Source: a virus (Duplodnaviria > Caudoviricetes). Taken from it: 64,000 bases of DNA. Shown piece after piece: positions 48,320 through 59,200 of the stretch. The DNA lies in IMG/VR virus record IMGVR_UViG_3300032265_002598, positions 96,001-160,000 of that record; one strand, 5' to 3'. Position 1 is the first letter of the stretch, and each line of letters opens with the position of its first letter. A model generated the notes under the pieces. That model did not search any database, was not told the origin of the DNA, and saw only the letters and a list, made by a program, of their open reading frames with translations. Made by a program: the position numbers and the translations under genes.

Positions 48320-50512
48320 TTAGAGTAAACAAGCTCCACCAGCACAGCTGATCTCCTCAATACCCGCAGTATTGTCTTCTGTTTCTAGTAATTGAGTATA
48401 GTCCACCTTCTCAAAACTATCATAAAGATCACAGTATAACTTCCAGTTGTAGACATCCTTCATGCAATAAGTCAGTCTCCTGTTATCTCCATTAAAATAC
48501 TTAGTAGCAAAGTTTTTCATCTTATTAATAAACCTAACTTTATTTTCATCATCTCCATCTTTGGCTTGATTTAAACTAACATAATCACAAGCTGCCCATA
48601 GATTATTGTTAAAAGCATTTAGACCAAGCTCAATCAAACCAGAACACCACAATGCAGCATCTCCATATTCTTTAACAATCTCTCTACTAGTATAAACAGT
48701 AGTAAAAGGAGCTTGTGGATAATCTTTGTCTCCACTTTGAGGAATTAAAGATATACCTGCAAAATACTTTCTATTATCATAGATATATTTTGTTACAGAA
48801 TCCCATTCATCGGGTTTCACTGTTACAGTATTACTAACATTATGACTCAAATATTCTTGTGTACATAATGATCTATTTTTGCCAGAATGAACCCAATTCT
48901 TTTGTGTATCTTTTACAACAGAAAGCATTTCTACTGCTGGTAATTGATTTCTTAATTTAGCTCCATCTGGTACTTCTATTGGAAACTTAACTACTTCATC
49001 AGTATTATTTGCAGACCATGATGATTTCTCACAGGCTTGTGGATTAACTTTCTTGAAGTGTTGATATGGTGCTTCTAAAATATTGGCTTGTACGTGGCGT
49101 ATATAGCGTTTGGCATGGTGTGGGTGGATACCAGAGCTAGTACCAAGCATACTTGATGATGTTCCTTCTGGTTTTAGGCATGTAACTCTAGCCGCTTGAT
49201 TAATATTGATCCTTTGGGAAATCTGCTTATTGGTATCAACAGCAATCTTAGCGCCCTTAGTTAATGTCTTTTCTGTAAGAACAAGATCATGCTTTTCCAT
49301 AGTGCCAGTTAAAGACACTCCCAAAAGAGCTTCTCTTGCAAAAATCTTTTCGCTAGTTTGTCCAAGATAGTCTAGTTTTGTAAAACCAGCTTGTAATGTA
49401 CCAATAATAGCTGCTGCTTTGCATCTCTCATAAAAATCTTCTTCGTCATCAACACTAGAACAATTGATTGTTGAAAGATTGCAGCCTTGCCATCCAGACT
49501 TACCAGATTCTTCTTCAATAGGCCACATACCAATTTCTACACAAGGATTAAAAATCATTTCTGTAGATTCACTCCAGATAAATCCGGGTTCTCCAAATTC
49601 TTTAACCGATTGCATCAATAAAGAAAATTCTTCAAAAGTAGTTTCGCTTTTTAAGAGTAAGGCAGAATTATTGCTTCGTGCTCTTTGTGGATTCTCCATA
49701 TACCAGTTTCCAGTTTTAGCTTTAGCCATTTCTTCATCATTATGACTAAATAAAGCTAGAGATGCACTTCGTCGAACACCACCAGATAATACAGCATCAC
49801 TGCTATGCATAACAATATCATATGCATCAATAGGTCTAAGTTTCTTTTGTCCATTTGCCAAACATCGGTCTAGTAAAGTACGAATTTTTTCAAGACCATT
49901 AGCAAGAGGCTCATATCCTGGGGCTTTGCCTACTCCAGAAGCTAGTGCTGCTCCCTTTGGTCTGATATTAGAATAATCAAATGAAATATGACTATTTTTG
50001 TATTGTTTAAATTCTTCTACAGGCTTGCTGAAATAAGAACTTAACAGAACACCCAAAGCATTGGACCAGCCTTCAATACTATCATCAATAACATACTTAG
50101 TTGATTGTCCTTTTTCCACTTCATGCTCTAATGATGGAAGTTTAGCAACATGGTGCTTTTGAACACTAAAGCCAGTTCCTGATCCACACAATAGTAACCA
50201 AAAACACTCTTGGAAAAATCGTAATCTATCACAATAAGAAGCTGTGCAATTATATATCTTAGCATGTCGTTTGAGAATAGGATCTCCACCAAACTGTAAT
50301 GCTCTCTGACTACCTAATACTTTCTTCTTATACATCATATCGTAAGCCCAATCGATCTCTTCTGAGATTCCAAATGTATCATAACGAGAGTGCATCATTT
50401 CTCTAACTCTGTCTACAGCTTCTTTCCAAGTTTCCCTTCTATTTTGATCACTTAACCATCTGGCATACTTACTAACGAAGGTATAATTTTGAAGTTCTTG
50501 TAGAGCTGACAT
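48320..50512 (-). CDS. nrdJ: Class II (B12-dependent) ribonucleoside-triphosphate reductase
   Basis: GGVRRSA, NPCVEI, CNLS, KPEGTSS, C-terminal CAGGAC redox pair. No small-subunit gene is adjacent. Confidence 0.88.
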   Translation of the reverse strand: MSALQELQNYTFVSKYARWLSDQNRRETWKEAVDRVREMMHSRYDTFGISEEIDWAYDMMYKKKVLGSQRALQFGGDPILKRHAKIYNCTASYCDRLRFFQECFWLLLCGSGTGFSVQKHHVAKLPSLEHEVEKGQSTKYVIDDSIEGWSNALGVLLSSYFSKPVEEFKQYKNSHISFDYSNIRPKGAALASGVGKAPGYEPLANGLEKIRTLLDRCLANGQKKLRPIDAYDIVMHSSDAVLSGGVRRSASLALFSHNDEEMAKAKTGNWYMENPQRARSNNSALLLKSETTFEEFSLLMQSVKEFGEPGFIWSESTEMIFNPCVEIGMWPIEEESGKSGWQGCNLSTINCSSVDDEEDFYERCKAAAIIGTLQAGFTKLDYLGQTSEKIFAREALLGVSLTGTMEKHDLVLTEKTLTKGAKIAVDTNKQISQRININQAARVTCLKPEGTSSSMLGTSSGIHPHHAKRYIRHVQANILEAPYQHFKKVNPQACEKSSWSANNTDEVVKFPIEVPDGAKLRNQLPAVEMLSVVKDTQKNWVHSGKNRSLCTQEYLSHNVSNTVTVKPDEWDSVTKYIYDNRKYFAGISLIPQSGDKDYPQAPFTTVYTSREIVKEYGDAALWCSGLIELGLNAFNNNLWAACDYVSLNQAKDGDDENKVRFINKMKNFATKYFNGDNRRLTYCMKDVYNWKLYCDLYDSFEKVDYTQLLETEDNTAGIEEISCAGGACLL

Positions 50513-50566
50513 GATGTATAAATAATACTCCTATAAATTATTCTGACACAGCTTTGGTTCTTGGTA

Positions 50567-50573
50567 ATACACT
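50567..50573 (-). promoter_or_regulatory. Intergenic RGTGTAT motif (copy upstream of nrdJ)
   Basis: AGTGTAT(TACCAAGAA), 55 nt upstream of the ATG. Confidence 0.4.
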
Positions 50574-50663
50574 ATCGAACGAAAAAGAATTCGATCTCTG
50601 TGAGCGATGAATTTATCATATCTCCACACGAAAAAAACACCAGCGCATTGTTTTTTATTTGTC

Positions 50664-51668
50664 TCACCAGTCAGAATGTTTGAATTTCAACATAACTTGC
50701 TTTATAGCCATCCACATATCTAAATATTGGTAAGTGGCTAATCTTCCTAGAAAAATAGTATTCTGTTCATTTTTAGATAATTGAATATATTTCTTTGCTA
50801 TCTCAACACCGTCACCAAATGGTATTGGGTAGTAAGGAATATTATTTTGGTTATATTTAACTGGATATTCTTCAGTAATAACTGTTGTGGACTGAGAATG
50901 ATTATGTTGCAAGTAGCTGTGGTCGTATTTTCTAGTATATTCTACAATATTATTATTTTGATTCTCTATAAAATATGGCATTTTTTTGTCTGTAACTGTG
51001 TGCTTAAATTCTAATGATCTATATGGAAGCTCGCCGTAGATATAATCATAGTATTCATCTATCTTACCAGTATATACAGTAAGATCAGTATTAAAATTTT
51101 TCCAGTCTTCATTGGAGCATGATAGTCTGATATCAAACCCTTTAAGCATATTTCCCATCATTTTAGTATATCCGTGTTTAGGCAAACACTGATACTTTTG
51201 TCCCTCAAACCAAGTAGGATCTTCACAATCTTTTGTTTTGGGTATTCTGTTTGTTATAGTTCGTGGTATAGAATCAAAAGGAACGCCCCATTGTTTTTCT
51301 GAGTAATCTTTAAAAATAAACTCTAATATTTCTTCTTGTGACAGCTCTCTACCAATTTCTTTCTTTGTTTTTTTACTATATGGTAAAGAAATAAGACCTA
51401 ATTTGGAATTGCCTTTTGGTTGCAACTTAAATGGAATCCAATCTGTATATCTGCTAAGAAACTCAAATACTTCATCATCATCTGTATGAAATATATGTGG
51501 ACCATAATTATGAATCATTGTTCCACATAAATTACTATCAAAACAGTTGCCACCAATATGATTTCTTTTATCAAAAATAGTGACACTATATCCTCTTTCT
51601 TTTAATAAAATAGCAGAGGTTATACCAGATAATCCGCAACCTATCACTTTAGCTTTTTGTGTTGTCAT
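50664..51668 (-). CDS. glf: UDP-galactopyranose mutase
   Basis: VIGCGLSG, KRNHIGGNC, YGPHIFHT, YSEKQWG, YTGKIDEYY, LPYRSL, PYYP, GRLATYQYLDM. Confidence 0.93.
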   Translation of the reverse strand: MTTQKAKVIGCGLSGITSAILLKERGYSVTIFDKRNHIGGNCFDSNLCGTMIHNYGPHIFHTDDDEVFEFLSRYTDWIPFKLQPKGNSKLGLISLPYSKKTKKEIGRELSQEEILEFIFKDYSEKQWGVPFDSIPRTITNRIPKTKDCEDPTWFEGQKYQCLPKHGYTKMMGNMLKGFDIRLSCSNEDWKNFNTDLTVYTGKIDEYYDYIYGELPYRSLEFKHTVTDKKMPYFIENQNNNIVEYTRKYDHSYLQHNHSQSTTVITEEYPVKYNQNNIPYYPIPFGDGVEIAKKYIQLSKNEQNTIFLGRLATYQYLDMWMAIKQVMLKFKHSDW

Positions 51669-52497
51669 CGTGTGTATTTTTGTTTTGGAAGGATAAAAGA
51701 ATATTATAGATTTTTTCGTATGCTGCTTCTTTAGTTAAATATTCTAGGGCAAACTTTTTTTGTTCTTGTTTGATATATTTTTGTATCTCAAGATCATTTT
51801 CGATAATATTATAGTTTTGTTCTAAGTCGCTAAGATCTTCTTTAATAGGAACATAGTGTTTCCAAGGAATAAAAAATTCATGCCACCATTCTTTATAAGG
51901 ATTATCTACTATAAAAACAATTCTCGGAGAAGATACTAATATTTTTAATCTAGCAGAATATCCTGCTCCTTCAATATCTAATAAATATTTCCATTTATTT
52001 ATTTGTTCTTGAAAAGATAAATATTTTGAAGTATTTTTCCATAAATTATCTGGATCTTCACGATTCCATTCTAATGTAATAGCTTCGGTCAAAGGAGTAT
52101 TTTGGTATTGATCAATATAAATTCTTCTCTTTTCTCCTGTAATAGCTCCTATCCATCCTATTTTGTTGCTTAATGGAATAGTATCTTCAAAAGAATTGAT
52201 TAATTCGTGATAGTTTTGAATATTACAAGCTGGCCAAGAATCGTAAGCAAAACAAGGAAATGTTTTTTGGTAATTTTGTGTTACAGTTGAAAAAGAAAAG
52301 TTTTCGCTATCGGATGGACGATCACCTGTCCATATAGACATCTCAAATTCTTTTCCAGGATAATTATTATATTTTTTAATACCATAACGAACAGAATTAT
52401 AAATCAGATCTCTTACGGATTCTCCTCTGTTTTCATAATTATTAAAAAGTCTTGTTTCTATTTTTTGAAGATCTTGTGATACTAAAACTAATCCCAT
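51649..52497 (-). CDS. GT90 / CAP10-domain glycosyltransferase
   Basis: KIGWIGA, KWKYLLDIEGAGYSARLK, WWHEFFIPWKHYVPIKEDLSDL. Confidence 0.8.
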   Translation of the reverse strand: MGLVLVSQDLQKIETRLFNNYENRGESVRDLIYNSVRYGIKKYNNYPGKEFEMSIWTGDRPSDSENFSFSTVTQNYQKTFPCFAYDSWPACNIQNYHELINSFEDTIPLSNKIGWIGAITGEKRRIYIDQYQNTPLTEAITLEWNREDPDNLWKNTSKYLSFQEQINKWKYLLDIEGAGYSARLKILVSSPRIVFIVDNPYKEWWHEFFIPWKHYVPIKEDLSDLEQNYNIIENDLEIQKYIKQEQKKFALEYLTKEAAYEKIYNILLSFQNKNTHDDNTKS

Positions 52498-52500
52498 TAT

Positions 52501-53178
52501 TTATACCTTAAAATTATGAATAATTGTGGCATTCATATCTGCATCTACAAATTCATTGTTTACTACATGCATAGGAATATTTGATACTTCCTCCCAATGA
52601 CCAAAAGAAAGTCCTGCTATTCGTCCAATTAAAGTTAAAATCATATCCATAAAATAATTTTGTGGAAATTTATCAAATAATTCTTGAAATAAACCAAAAA
52701 GATTTTTTTCTTTAATAGTAGTGAAATACTTATTAGAAAAAATAGTTCCACCACACCCAGTATGTATTCTAGGATTTCCAATATTTAATGCATCATATAG
52801 AGCAAACTCTTTTGGTCCACAAGGATTATTTGGGCCAGCTATGTCAAATTTTGGCTCTATAGTAATAGTTCTATTTGTTAATACATCTGTTTCTAGTAAT
52901 AGTGTATGTGTAAAATTCTCGTTTAATCCAAAATCAAAAAAATAATCAGCGAATTTTGGTCCGAATGAACCTCTGCCGCAATGTGTTTTTTTATGCCAGA
53001 GATCCGGTGCATCTATAAATTCAATATTAGAAATATGAGATAGTAATGATTTTGGAGAATCTCCACCAGCATTTATTACTCTAATAGGTATAATAGGATT
53101 GTGTTTTCTAAAATTTTCTAGAGTAAATTTGGCTCTAGCAAAATCATTACGCATAAATAATATTGTTTGAATTTTCAT
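52501..53178 (-). CDS. Putative GT-A glycosyltransferase
   Basis: LLETDV acidic motif, GCGGTIFS, C-terminal IIHNFK, cluster context. Confidence 0.5.
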   Translation of the reverse strand: MKIQTILFMRNDFARAKFTLENFRKHNPIIPIRVINAGGDSPKSLLSHISNIEFIDAPDLWHKKTHCGRGSFGPKFADYFFDFGLNENFTHTLLLETDVLTNRTITIEPKFDIAGPNNPCGPKEFALYDALNIGNPRIHTGCGGTIFSNKYFTTIKEKNLFGLFQELFDKFPQNYFMDMILTLIGRIAGLSFGHWEEVSNIPMHVVNNEFVDADMNATIIHNFKV

Positions 53179-54095
53179 AAGTAGCTCTCATATTTTTTTA
53201 ATATCTCTTTCCAATCAAATGTTTGAGCATATTCTTTTATTATATTTCTAGATATATTAGAACATAATTCTCTATTTTTGATGATAGTACTTTTTACTAT
53301 TTCTTCGTTATCAATTTGATCTTGAGGTATCATAGAAATAAAAGGTTGTGATAGATTTAAATTTTGTGCAGCGACTTCTGATACTACTAGTCCGAGACCG
53401 GCAGATAAAGCCTCTAAACAAACTAATGGATGTAACTCTGATACTGATAATAATACTAAGTTAGTATAATTAGTCAACTGATTAAATACCATAGTACGAT
53501 CCCATAACCCCAAATAATTATCATCTAGTGGATTAAATTCTGCTATAGTATTTTGTCCGGCAAAACAAATACCACAATCCAATGACTGCAAAAAAGCCTG
53601 TCTTTTTCTTTGATCTATTTTTCCTAAACAAATACTTTTATCTTTAAATTTTGGCTTATCAGTAATTCTAAATTGACCATTATCTACTCCGTTAGGTAGT
53701 ATTTTTATTTTAGAATTATCAACTCCATTATCTAATAGAAGTTGCTTTTCCCATGATGTTAACATAAAAAAATTGCAATCTTTAAAAAAACTTCTGATTA
53801 AATTTTTATGAAAAGATTGAGAATATAAAAATCCGCCATCATGAGATGTTACTATTTTTTTACAATCTAAATAAGGCATAATCTGCCAATGTTTACCATA
53901 ATGCAAATGAACGATGTCCGGTTTCGTTTGCAAAACTTTTTGGTATGTTTCATTGGTGTCTTTTTCATTAACAATAGTAACAGTATGTCCCATTTTTTGC
54001 AAATTGATGTATTGATTCCAAACAACTGTTTCTAGTGCTCCCCAACCACTAGGAGGAATACTAATTTCTCCAGGACCAACAAAAGTAATTTTCAT
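53175..54095 (-). CDS. Glycosyltransferase family 4-like
   Basis: IPPSGWGALETVV, PNGVD, CLGKIDQRKRQ, ELHPLVCLEALSAG. Confidence 0.8.
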   Translation of the reverse strand: MKITFVGPGEISIPPSGWGALETVVWNQYINLQKMGHTVTIVNEKDTNETYQKVLQTKPDIVHLHYGKHWQIMPYLDCKKIVTSHDGGFLYSQSFHKNLIRSFFKDCNFFMLTSWEKQLLLDNGVDNSKIKILPNGVDNGQFRITDKPKFKDKSICLGKIDQRKRQAFLQSLDCGICFAGQNTIAEFNPLDDNYLGLWDRTMVFNQLTNYTNLVLLSVSELHPLVCLEALSAGLGLVVSEVAAQNLNLSQPFISMIPQDQIDNEEIVKSTIIKNRELCSNISRNIIKEYAQTFDWKEILKKYESYL

Positions 54096-54104
54096 AAATG
54101 AGTC

Positions 54105-54860
54105 CTATTTATGGATAAAATAAACATCTTGTCTATCTATTTCGTATTTTTTAAAATTACTAGTAAAAGGCTCACCAATTAATAGTTTTTTATTAGATAG
54201 TAAATGTCTGAATACATATTGACCTACCCACATATCAGCATTAAAATATTCATATCTCATATCTTCTCTTGCTTGACAGAATGTTTTTAAAAATTCAAGC
54301 ATATTATCATATGAACCTCCTATAACCCCCATATTAATTAAATCCCATTCTTTAGCATTTTCTGTAAAGAACTGTAGATTATCCCATTTAAGATCTCTAT
54401 GAATCCAGAGATATGGGAATTCAGACAGTTTAATGCTGTCTTTACAAATAAAATAGTCTATATTAGAAAAATCTTTTAATACTTGAGAAGGATCCTTTAC
54501 AACTGTAACATCTGAACCATCGGTCAAAAAAACAGAATCAAATTTATTAGCTAATAGATATTTTTTATAAACAAAGAATCTCCAGTCATTATTTGAGTAT
54601 TCTGATGGTGCAGCATAAATGAATTTTATTTTATCTGTTTCATATGTTCTCAAAAATTCATCAGATAAATTATCATAAAAAATTCTAGCTTCTAATCCGA
54701 GAGAAACGACAGAGTTATACCAGTTTTTAATATAGTCAAAATTATTCTGTAATACTCTTCCATCCTTGTCTCGTCCCACTACGGCATCGTCAGAGGGATC
54801 ATTAGGATGTTTTTTTTGTGAAAAATAAGTAGTAAATATTACTGATTTATTCATTGTCAT
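54105..54860 (-). CDS. Putative GT-A glycosyltransferase
   Basis: VFLTDGSDV, LINMGVIGG, ADMWV; typical GT-A layout. Confidence 0.55.
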   Translation of the reverse strand: MTMNKSVIFTTYFSQKKHPNDPSDDAVVGRDKDGRVLQNNFDYIKNWYNSVVSLGLEARIFYDNLSDEFLRTYETDKIKFIYAAPSEYSNNDWRFFVYKKYLLANKFDSVFLTDGSDVTVVKDPSQVLKDFSNIDYFICKDSIKLSEFPYLWIHRDLKWDNLQFFTENAKEWDLINMGVIGGSYDNMLEFLKTFCQAREDMRYEYFNADMWVGQYVFRHLLSNKKLLIGEPFTSNFKKYEIDRQDVYFIHK

Positions 54861-55719
54861 CTTGTTTTGTCATTTCTGATGATAAAGAGGTATAAAAAAT
54901 TTGATTAATTTGTTCCATTTTTTCTATTTGTTCTTTAGCTATTTTATTGCAAGTCTCAGGAGAAACGTTGGATAAATCTAAAACTGCTTTTGGTTTACAA
55001 TCTGGTATCATTACTATATTGCCAAATTTAGAAATTTCAGAACAGAAATTAACATATTCAGGTTGACCAACAGTTGACCAGAAACATTGTTTTAACACTG
55101 GTGTTCTGATCAAACTAAATCCACCATGACCAGCACTTATAGAAATGGGAGAATTTTTATTCCAAGCTTCTCTATCTTCTTTTAGCAAGAATGGGCAGTC
55201 TGTGAATGGTAATCCATGATGAAAATATTTATCTCTAAATGTTAATATATCATAAAAGCTATCTTCTGTAACTTCTTCCATAAGATCTTTAGTTTGAAAA
55301 TCTCGTGTATTGGCAACTAACATTACTGCCATAGGAATAGTTTTAGCTTTTTCAAATAATCTTATAAAATCTATATGATCAAATACAACGTCTGTGTTAA
55401 GTAATAGAGTGTATTCTGTCTCAGCCATTGTTAGCTGATTTAATTTATTTCTACAGTATGAAGATAGTATAAATCTATGTAAAGGCTCCAAACTTTCTAG
55501 TTTGGGAACCCCAAGATCTTCATGTATTAATTCTCCAGATTTATTTTCAAGCCATTTTTTTAATATTTGTTGAGTATTATCTGATGAATCATTTTCGTAA
55601 AAATAAAAATTGAACTTGAAATTTTCTAGATTTGATAATTTTTCTAAACACGCAAGCGTTCTTTCTATATAAGCTTCTGAATCTCTCCATATTCCACAAA
55701 CATTAATTTCTGTAACCAT
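54847..55719 (-). CDS. Putative GT-A glycosyltransferase (CAP59/Anp1-like)
   Basis: FYENDSSDNT, RNKL, LNTDV, DILTFRD, SAGHGGFSL. Confidence 0.55.
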   Translation of the reverse strand: MVTEINVCGIWRDSEAYIERTLACLEKLSNLENFKFNFYFYENDSSDNTQQILKKWLENKSGELIHEDLGVPKLESLEPLHRFILSSYCRNKLNQLTMAETEYTLLLNTDVVFDHIDFIRLFEKAKTIPMAVMLVANTRDFQTKDLMEEVTEDSFYDILTFRDKYFHHGLPFTDCPFLLKEDREAWNKNSPISISAGHGGFSLIRTPVLKQCFWSTVGQPEYVNFCSEISKFGNIVMIPDCKPKAVLDLSNVSPETCNKIAKEQIEKMEQINQIFYTSLSSEMTKQDDNE

Positions 55720-55727
55720 ATTTTTCC

Positions 55728-56192
55728 TTAAACTTTAAGATTATTAATCCACGATAGGTCTGGGTTTATATATTCAATAGTCATTCCACTCATTTTAATA
55801 AATAGGTCAAATCTTTTCTTTTGTTCTTCATCAAAAAGATGAGTTCCATGATTTTCTCTCATGTAGACTTTTGTTATTCCTTCTTGCCATAAAGCCATTA
55901 TGCAATCATTGCAGGATTGACCTGTAACATATGCTATTCCATTTTCGGGTCTGATTGTACAATTAGATAGAGCATTACGTTCTGCATGAATCATCCAAGG
56001 ATACTTTTCTGGTCGAATATTAGGTAGTTTACTATCATCAAGTCCTTTAGGAAAACCGTTATATCCTAATCCTAAAATCCTATTATGATGATCTGTTATA
56101 ACACAGCCATGTTGGGTTTGTATGTCATGGCTACGAACAGCCACGGCATGTGCTAATCCTATAAAATATTCTTGCCAGTTTGGTCTAAACAT
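55728..56192 (-). CDS. dCMP deaminase (ComEB-like)
   Basis: GYNGFPKG, HAERNA, SCNDC zinc-deaminase motifs. Confidence 0.88.
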   Translation of the reverse strand: MFRPNWQEYFIGLAHAVAVRSHDIQTQHGCVITDHHNRILGLGYNGFPKGLDDSKLPNIRPEKYPWMIHAERNALSNCTIRPENGIAYVTGQSCNDCIMALWQEGITKVYMRENHGTHLFDEEQKKRFDLFIKMSGMTIEYINPDLSWINNLKV

Positions 56193-56198
56193 AACTGT

Positions 56199-56226
56199 AT
56201 GATAGATAATTTTTTCATCTGGTCAA
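56199..56226 (-). promoter_or_regulatory. Sigma70-type promoter giving a probable leaderless dCMP deaminase mRNA
   Basis: TTGACC-16 nt-TATCAT-6 nt-ATG. No SD is present. The -35 box overlaps the upstream TGA. Confidence 0.6.
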
Positions 56227-59200
56227 GATTTACATTCGGTTAAGGTGCCATCTTCGGTAATTGTTCCTATAACTTGGGAGAATGTATCATAACAAGATCC
56301 TGATATAAAAATAGCATCACCACTAACTAAATGATAGTTTTGTCCAGAAATAAATGTAGCATTTCCAATAACTGTACCTTTATTTTTACTAAATTCAAAT
56401 GTAGTATTATGATTTGTAGCTATTCCTTTGTTAGTAGAATTTATAAATAAACTATCAGAATTAGTATTAATAATATTTTTGTTTTCAGAATTATCAAAAA
56501 TGCCACCACCATTTTCAATTGAACCATTGTTTATGCTATAATAAAAAATGTAATCTCCAAAAATATATCCATGATCACTTTGAAGAATATGATCATTGCT
56601 CCAAATATATGTTTTTGTTCCAACTCTTTGTATAATAGGAATAGGATAAATTGGATATGGTGGAACGTATTCTATTCTTTCTATAGTATCAGAATTATCA
56701 TTAGTAGAACTCAAAAAAAGAGTTTTACCTGTAATAAAATGAGAATTTTTTGAGTTAGAAAATATTGATACTCCATTGATTGTGCCTTTATTTGTTGAAT
56801 TAATAAAAACAGTAGAACAAATATTATCTTGTATAAATCCAGAAACATATGGTTGCCTATAAAAATAAAGTATTGTTGGATCTATATTATTTTTAATATC
56901 ATCATTTCTACCATTAATAATATTTCCATAATTAATTGAATTATCACCAAAAGAACAAAGTCCATTTAATGTTGCTAAATAAGCATTAATAGAATTACCA
57001 AAAGAAGATGGACCATCTATATTTCCAAAATTTATACTTTTATTGAAACTTCCTCCATTTGCAAGATAGCCACCATAATTTGTGCTTTGATTAAAAAATC
57101 CAGTATTAGAGATTACACTATTTTTAGTTACAATTTTATTTCGAGCTAAAAATATATCAATATCAATATCACTAGTACGATAACTAAAATAAGATTTTGA
57201 TGGATTAAAAGCAGCATCTCCAAATAAAGCCCCATCTGTAAAAGTTGCTCCACTAGCAAAAATAGAGCTTACATATTCAGATTTATCGAAATTTGCTATA
57301 CCACCAACATTTGATGCGAAACATAAAGAGTTGTTCATGGTAAGATTGCCACCTATATCACCATAATTATCTGAATCGGTAAAAATAGCATCTCTAGTTA
57401 TATCTCCAAAATTAACAGAACCACTAAAATTACCACTACTATTAATATTGTTAAAGTTTTTGGAATTATTGAATATTGCAAATGTTGATAATGCACCAAA
57501 ATTTTTTGAACTATTGATGAAATTCAAAGTTCCGCTAATGCCTAAAATGTTACCAGAATTAATTGATCTATCAAATAATCCTAAATCAATAGTTCCATAA
57601 TTAATAGAGTCTTTAAAATTTACCGTATGTTCGATATTTCCATAGTTTGAACAAATTGCTCCTGTTCCAGTAGTACCATTAAAAATAGCAGTAATATGAT
57701 CACTAGGAAAAACTGGATATATAGAAATATTTGCATAATTAATTCCAGTATTTTTAAATATTACCTGTTTATACCCAAAAATATTTCCTCTATTTATAGT
57801 ATTATCTTGAAATATTATAGATGGACTTTTATTAAATAAAGTTAAAAAGCTTTCATTAGTTATGTTACCAGTATAATAAATAAAAGCATTTGATTGTGCA
57901 TCATAAACACTATCTATTGTTAATATTCCACTTGAAGTAAATATAAATTTTTCATGTTCTATTGGAGTCCAATTAAGTTTTCCATTATTTATTCCTGAAT
58001 TTTTAAAATTTATAGCAACATTTTCTAAAGAAGCATTGTTTATTCCACTATCTAATATTTCTATTTGACGAGCACCATATGTAAATTGATCTTGTCCAGA
58101 AACAAATGGTCTTCTCATTGAGCTATTATTTATAGAAAAATCATGAAAATTTGCTATTTCTAATACTCCCAAATTTTGATTTTTTGATCTATGGAAAAAA
58201 TCACCAGATTGTGCATATCCATAATTAGTAGAATTGTTTAAAAAATATCCACTATGTATTCCAGCCATTTTATCATTGAATGCATTATCAAAAAAAACTG
58301 CTCCTTTAGCATAGTTTTTATTAATAGAAGAACCCGAAAAGAAAATTAATCTATTATTTAAATATGCATAATTAATAGCGTTTTCAAAAAAATTACAACT
58401 ATAATTTCCAGAAGCATAATTAATAGAGTTTTGTCCAAATTCTGCAAAAAGTCCAATATTAGATCCACTCATATTACTAGACTGATTACAAAATATTGCA
58501 TTTTGTGCTGTAGCTCCAGAAATATTTTGACTATTACCATAAAAAGATCCATATCCAACATCTTTCCCGTTATGAGAAAAACTTTCAAATCTTCCACTTC
58601 CAACTTTTCCACTATTAGCAGATTGACCATAAAATATAGCCCCAGTAGCATTACCCACATTGATTGAAATATTATTAAAGATACCTAGATTAAAAATATT
58701 TCCACTATTTATTGAATCTTTATTAAATATACCAGTAACTAAACTACCACCATTAACACAGCCAGATCCAAAAGATGCTATTCCGGTTATTACAGATTTA
58801 TTAAATGATGCAGAGTCAAAAAAAGTCAAGGCGGCTGGAGCATTTAATTCACTCCAATTAGAAGAACCACTAATAAAAGAAATAATTCCAGAATTTCCAA
58901 TTGATCCACGATTTTCAGAATTATTCGCAAACAAAAAATTTCCAGAACCATCTCCAATATTGTATTGATTTTTAGCGAATGTGAATTTAGCTCCACTAAT
59001 TAATATACCATCATTAATAGCATAATCAAACCAAGAATATTTTTTTAATAATCCTTTGTTCAAAGTACCAGAATAAAAAATTGCTGGTTCTAAAATAATT
59101 CCTTTGTTGATTGCTCCGCTTACAAAAGTAGTAATTCCAGAAACAACTCCAGCATTAATTGATCCTACACCACTAAAAATTACATCTCCATATATTGTTC

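Noticed and set aside
50513-50663. Cobalamin riboswitch or NrdR box upstream of nrdJ
   Set aside because: The gap is only about 150 nt. I could not see the conserved B12-box or a convincing NrdR palindrome. An Rfam scan would settle it.
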